Source of the DNA: Patescibacteria group bacterium
GTDB lineage: Bacteria > Patescibacteriota > Gracilibacteria > BD1-5 > UBA2023
NCBI GenBank assembly: GCA_036170735.1
Contig: JAVHPT010000078.1
Coordinates: 1 to 58,396, forward strand
Length of the DNA: 58,396 nt
Reading direction: 5' to 3'
Shown piece after piece: positions 57,723-58,396 of the stretch. Made by a program: the position numbers and the translations under genes. Under the pieces are notes generated by a model. That model saw only the letters and a program-made list of their open reading frames with translations. It had not been told where the DNA came from and did not search any database. The stretch's first letter is position 1, and each line of letters opens with the position of its first letter.

Positions 57723-58345
57723 TGTATATCGTTCTCGAGGGCATCGTTGGTTCAGGAAAATCCACTCAAGTAAAGAAATTGGTGAATTTTCTTCGTTCTG
57801 AGTATCCCGAGAGAGGGGTCATCAGTGTGAGAGAGCCTGGCTGAACTCCTATTGCTGAGGATATCCGTCACCTAGCCCAAAGGAAAGAGTGGGAAAATGA
57901 ACAGATGCATCCACTCACAAATACCTATCTCTATGCGGCTGCACGAGCGCAGACACTTCAGATGATTGTGAAACCGGTTCTTGATAGAGGAGATATTGTT
58001 GTCTCGGATCGCTCGTTTCTCTCCTCCTGTGCTATCCAGTGAGAAGCTCAGTGACTCGGTATCAATATGATTCTCTGGGTAAACAAGAGTGCTGTAGGGA
58101 AACTGCTCCCAGATATCATCCTGTATCTCGATATCGACATCGACACTGCCTTGTCTCGCACCTTTGATTCGTCTTGAGATAAGTTCGAGAAAGAATGAAG
58201 AGATTTTTATGAGGCAATTGTACGTGGGTATGAAAAGTGCGAAAAGTGGAACAAGATAAAAGATCGATTCTTTCGTATTGATGCAAATGGAAGTGAGGAG
58301 GAGGTGTTTGAGAGAATACTTCATCAGTTAAAAGTCAATAATTAA
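57722..58345 (+). CDS. tmk: Thymidylate kinase
   Basis: MYIVLEGIVGSGKSTQVKKL (P-loop), REPG-G-TPIAEDIR, VVSDRSFLSS, LYLDIDIDTAL. The ATG overlaps the folA stop (TAATG). 207 aa. Confidence 0.93.
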
Positions 58346-58359
58346 AAGTGAAAATACAT

Positions 58360-58396
58360 ATGGAACAACTTATCTTATCACTTCATGAACATGCTG
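58360..58396 (+). CDS. 5' end of an unidentified CDS running off the window
   Basis: ATG at 58360 gives MEQLILSLHEHA..., 15 nt after tmk. Only 12 codons are visible. Confidence 0.3.
   Translation, partial: MEQLILSLHEHA

Overview
This is a 58.4-kb, AT-rich, gene-dense chromosomal window. In the supplied standard-code ORF track almost every conserved gene is split by in-frame TGA. These TGAs fall on invariant glycines: ThyA LTE-G, UvrC IP-G-VY and LP-G-I-G-P, RsmF-like AASP-G-GKT and CSGE-G-T, PBP RSV-G-SILKPF, ABC IS-G-PSGSGKT and DEP-G-SHLD, RuvC IDP-G-T, TrmD YGG-G-SG, and protease LP-G-DSGAP. The window therefore reads as translation table 25 (TGA=Gly), which points to a Gracilibacteria/Absconditabacteria (SR1)-type CPR bacterium. 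All CDS below are called with TGA=Gly and only TAA/TAG as stops. For the long read-through ORFs I checked codon by codon that no in-frame TAA/TAG occurs. Housekeeping genes present are uvrC, tsaD, smpB, rplJ-rplL, rlmN, greA, nusG-secE, alaS, rlmE, pepF, ruvC, trmD, holA, mscL, ligA, tig, thyA-folA-tmk, a class-A PBP and an RsmF-like methyltransferase. They are interleaved with lineage-specific envelope genes. One is a 5-gene minus-strand operon: DUF2339-like, DUF4105-like, a 1336-aa surface protein, an ABC ATPase and an FtsX-like permease. Another is a 767-aa polytopic membrane protein plus a 281-aa coiled-coil protein, divergent from an amidase_2-SpoIID fusion. A third is a group of a His-tailed membrane protein, a PLD lipoprotein and a 631-aa unknown. 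Mobile or repeat content comprises a 5'-truncated rve transposase remnant at the left edge, an ~80-bp inverted repeat pair bracketing 6 kb, a modular (mosaic) hairpin-rich intergenic repeat family at six loci, and a two-gene toxin-antitoxin-like cassette flanked by a duplicated 3' end of a serine-protease gene. No rRNA, tRNA, tmRNA or CRISPR array was recognised. Shine-Dalgarno motifs are not evident upstream of most starts. All functional calls rest on motifs I recognised by eye, not on database searches.
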